From Eledone cirrhosa (lineage: Eukaryota): DNA of 64,000 nt. Where the stretch lies: contig OZ024740.1 in the NCBI GenBank assembly GCA_964016885.1, positions 6,076,001 to 6,140,000 of the forward strand, given 5' to 3'. Positions 61,701 through 64,000 of this stretch are shown here, piece after piece. A program made the translations under genes and the position numbers. The stretch's first letter is position 1. Each line of letters begins with the position of its first letter. Below the pieces are notes generated by a model. That model was not told where the DNA came from and searched no databases. It saw nothing but the letters and a program-made list of their open reading frames with translations.

Positions 61701-64000
61701 GATTTATACCAAAATATTCAGAGAACTGGTATATATATGATTGTATAATGTCCTTAGTAGAAATTCTTCACCAAACAGATTTATACCAAAATATTCAGAG
61801 AACTGGTTTATATATGATTGTATAGTGTCCTTAGTAGAAATTCTTCCCCAAAGAGATTTATACTCAAATATTCATAGAACTGTTATATATATGATTGTAT
61901 AGTGTCCCTAGTAGAAATTCTTCACTAAAGAGATTCATACCAAAGTATTCATAGAACTGGTATAGATATGATTCTATAGTGTCCTTAGTATGAATTCTTC
62001 ACCAAAGCTATTTATTCATAAATATTCATAGAACTGTTATATATATGATTGTATAGTGTCCTTAGTAGAACTACTACACCAAAGAGATTTATACCAAAAT
62101 ATTCATAGAACTGGTATATATATGATTGTATAATGTCCGAAGTAGAAATACTTCACCAAACAGATTTATACCAAAATATTCATAGAACTGGTATATATAT
62201 GATTGTATAATGTCCTTAGTAGAAATTCTTCACCAAACAGATTTATACCAAAATATCCAGAGAACTGGTATATATATGATTGCATAACGTCCTTAGTAGA
62301 AATACTTAACCAAAGAGATTTATACTAAAATATTCTTAGAACAGGTATATATATGATTGTGTAGTGTCCTTAGGAGAATTACTTCACCAAACAGATTCAT
62401 ACCAAAATATTCATAGAACTGGTATATATATATGATTGTATAGTGTCCTTAGTAGAAGTTCTTCACCAAAGATTTTATACCAGAATATTCATAGAACTGT
62501 TATATATATGATTGTATAGTGTCCTTAGTAGAAATTCTTCACCAAAGAGATTGATACCAAAATATTCATAGAACTAGTATATATATGATTGTATAATTTC
62601 CTTAGTAGAAATTCTTCACCAAACAGATTTATACCAAAATATTCAGAGAACTGGTTTATATATGATTGTATACTGTCCTTAGTAGAAATTCTTCCCCAAA
62701 GAAATTTATACTCAAATATTCATAGAACCGTAATATATATGATATTATAGTGTCCTTTGTAGAAATTCTTCTCCAAAGAGATTTATACTGAAAATATTCT
62801 TAGAATTGGTATATATATGATTGTGTAGTGTCCTTAGTAGAAATAATTCACCAAAGAGATGTATACCAAATTATTCATAGAACTGGTATATTTATGATAG
62901 TATAGTGTCCTTAGTAGAAATTCTTCACTAAAGAGATTGATACCAAAATATTCATAGAACAGGTATATTTATGATTGCATAGTGTCCTTAGTAGAAATAC
63001 TTCACCAAAGAGATTTATACCAAAATATTCATAGAACTGGTATATTTATGATTGTATGGTGTCCTTAGTAGAAATACTTCACGAAATAGATTTATACCAA
63101 AATATTCATAGAACTGGTATATATATGATTGTATAGTGTCCTTAGTAGAAATTCTTAAGCAAAGAAATTTATACCAAAATATTTATAGAACTGGTATATA
63201 TATGATTGTATAGTGTCCATCGTAGAAATTCTTAAGCAAAGAAATTTATACCAAAATATTCATAGAACTGGTATATATATGATTGTATAGAGTTCTTAGT
63301 AGGAATTTTACACCAAAGGGATTTATACCAAAATATTAATAGAATCGCTTTATATATGATTGTATAGTGTCCTTAGTAGAAATACATCACCAAAGACATT
63401 TATACCAAAATATTCATAGAACGGGTATATATATGATTGTATAGTGTCTTTAGTAGAAATACTTCACCAAAGAGATTTATACCAAAATATTCACAGAACT
63501 GGTATATATATGATTGTATAGTGTACTTAGTAGAAGTTCTTCACCAAAGATTTTATACCAGAATATTCATAGAACTGTTATATATATGATTGTGTAATGT
63601 CCTTAGTAGAAAATCTTCACCAAACAGATTTATACCAAAATATTCATAGAACTGGTATATATATGATTCTATAGTGTCCTTAGTATGAATTCTTCACCAA
63701 AGCGATTTATTCAAAAATATTCATAGAACTGGTATATATATGATTGTATAGTGTCCTTTGTAGAAGTTCTTCACCAAAGATTTTATACCAGAATATTCAT
63801 AGAACTGGAATATATATGATTGTATAGAGTTCTTAGTAGAAATTTTTCACCAAAGAGATTTATACCAAAATATTAATAGAACCGGTTTATATATGATTGT
63901 ATTGTGTCCTTAGTAGAAATACATCACCAAAGACATTTATACCAAAATATTCATAGAACGGGTATATATATGATTGTATAGTGTCTTTAGTAGAAATACT

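Larger units (their letters stand above)
38190..64000. repeat. 77-bp AT-rich satellite array, about 335 copies, open at the right edge of the window
   Basis: Consensus CATAGAACTGGTATATATATGATTGTATAGTGTCCTTAGTAGAAATTCTTCACCAAAGAGATTTATACCAAAATATT. The period was checked (tagtgtcc at 39601 and 39678). 76-bp variants (AAAGATTTT/AAAGACTTT) and 79-bp variants (extra TA) occur. Confidence 0.99.

Noticed and set aside
38190-64000. CRISPR array (regular period, partly palindromic unit)
   Set aside because: The whole 77-bp unit repeats, so there are no unique spacers. There are no cas genes, and the context is eukaryote-like.

Overview
This window looks like eukaryotic heterochromatin, and I cannot support any protein-coding gene in it. 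It has three parts. (1) 1-36780 is a roughly 2,400-copy array of a 15-bp repeat (CATACCTCCACTGYA), with nested higher-order duplications of about 1.1, 2.4-2.7, 4.5, 6.7 and 8.7 kb. Nearly every ORF in the supplied track is a by-product of this monomer having no stop codon in any of the six frames. (2) 36781-38189 is a 1.4-kb non-satellite island. It holds a G-quadruplex motif, two microsatellites, a 104-bp hairpin whose right arm reads as most of a type I hammerhead ribozyme (a Penelope-like signature with a damaged catalytic core), and a 477-bp MITE/foldback element with 159-bp inverted arms. (3) 38190-64000 is a roughly 335-copy array of an unrelated AT-rich 77-bp satellite with a built-in dyad and higher-order duplications of 768/769, 2075, 2539 and 3997 bp. 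The hammerhead-like relic and the dense island between the two satellites are the most interesting observations. I found no evidence for a novel multi-gene system. All alignments were done by eye.
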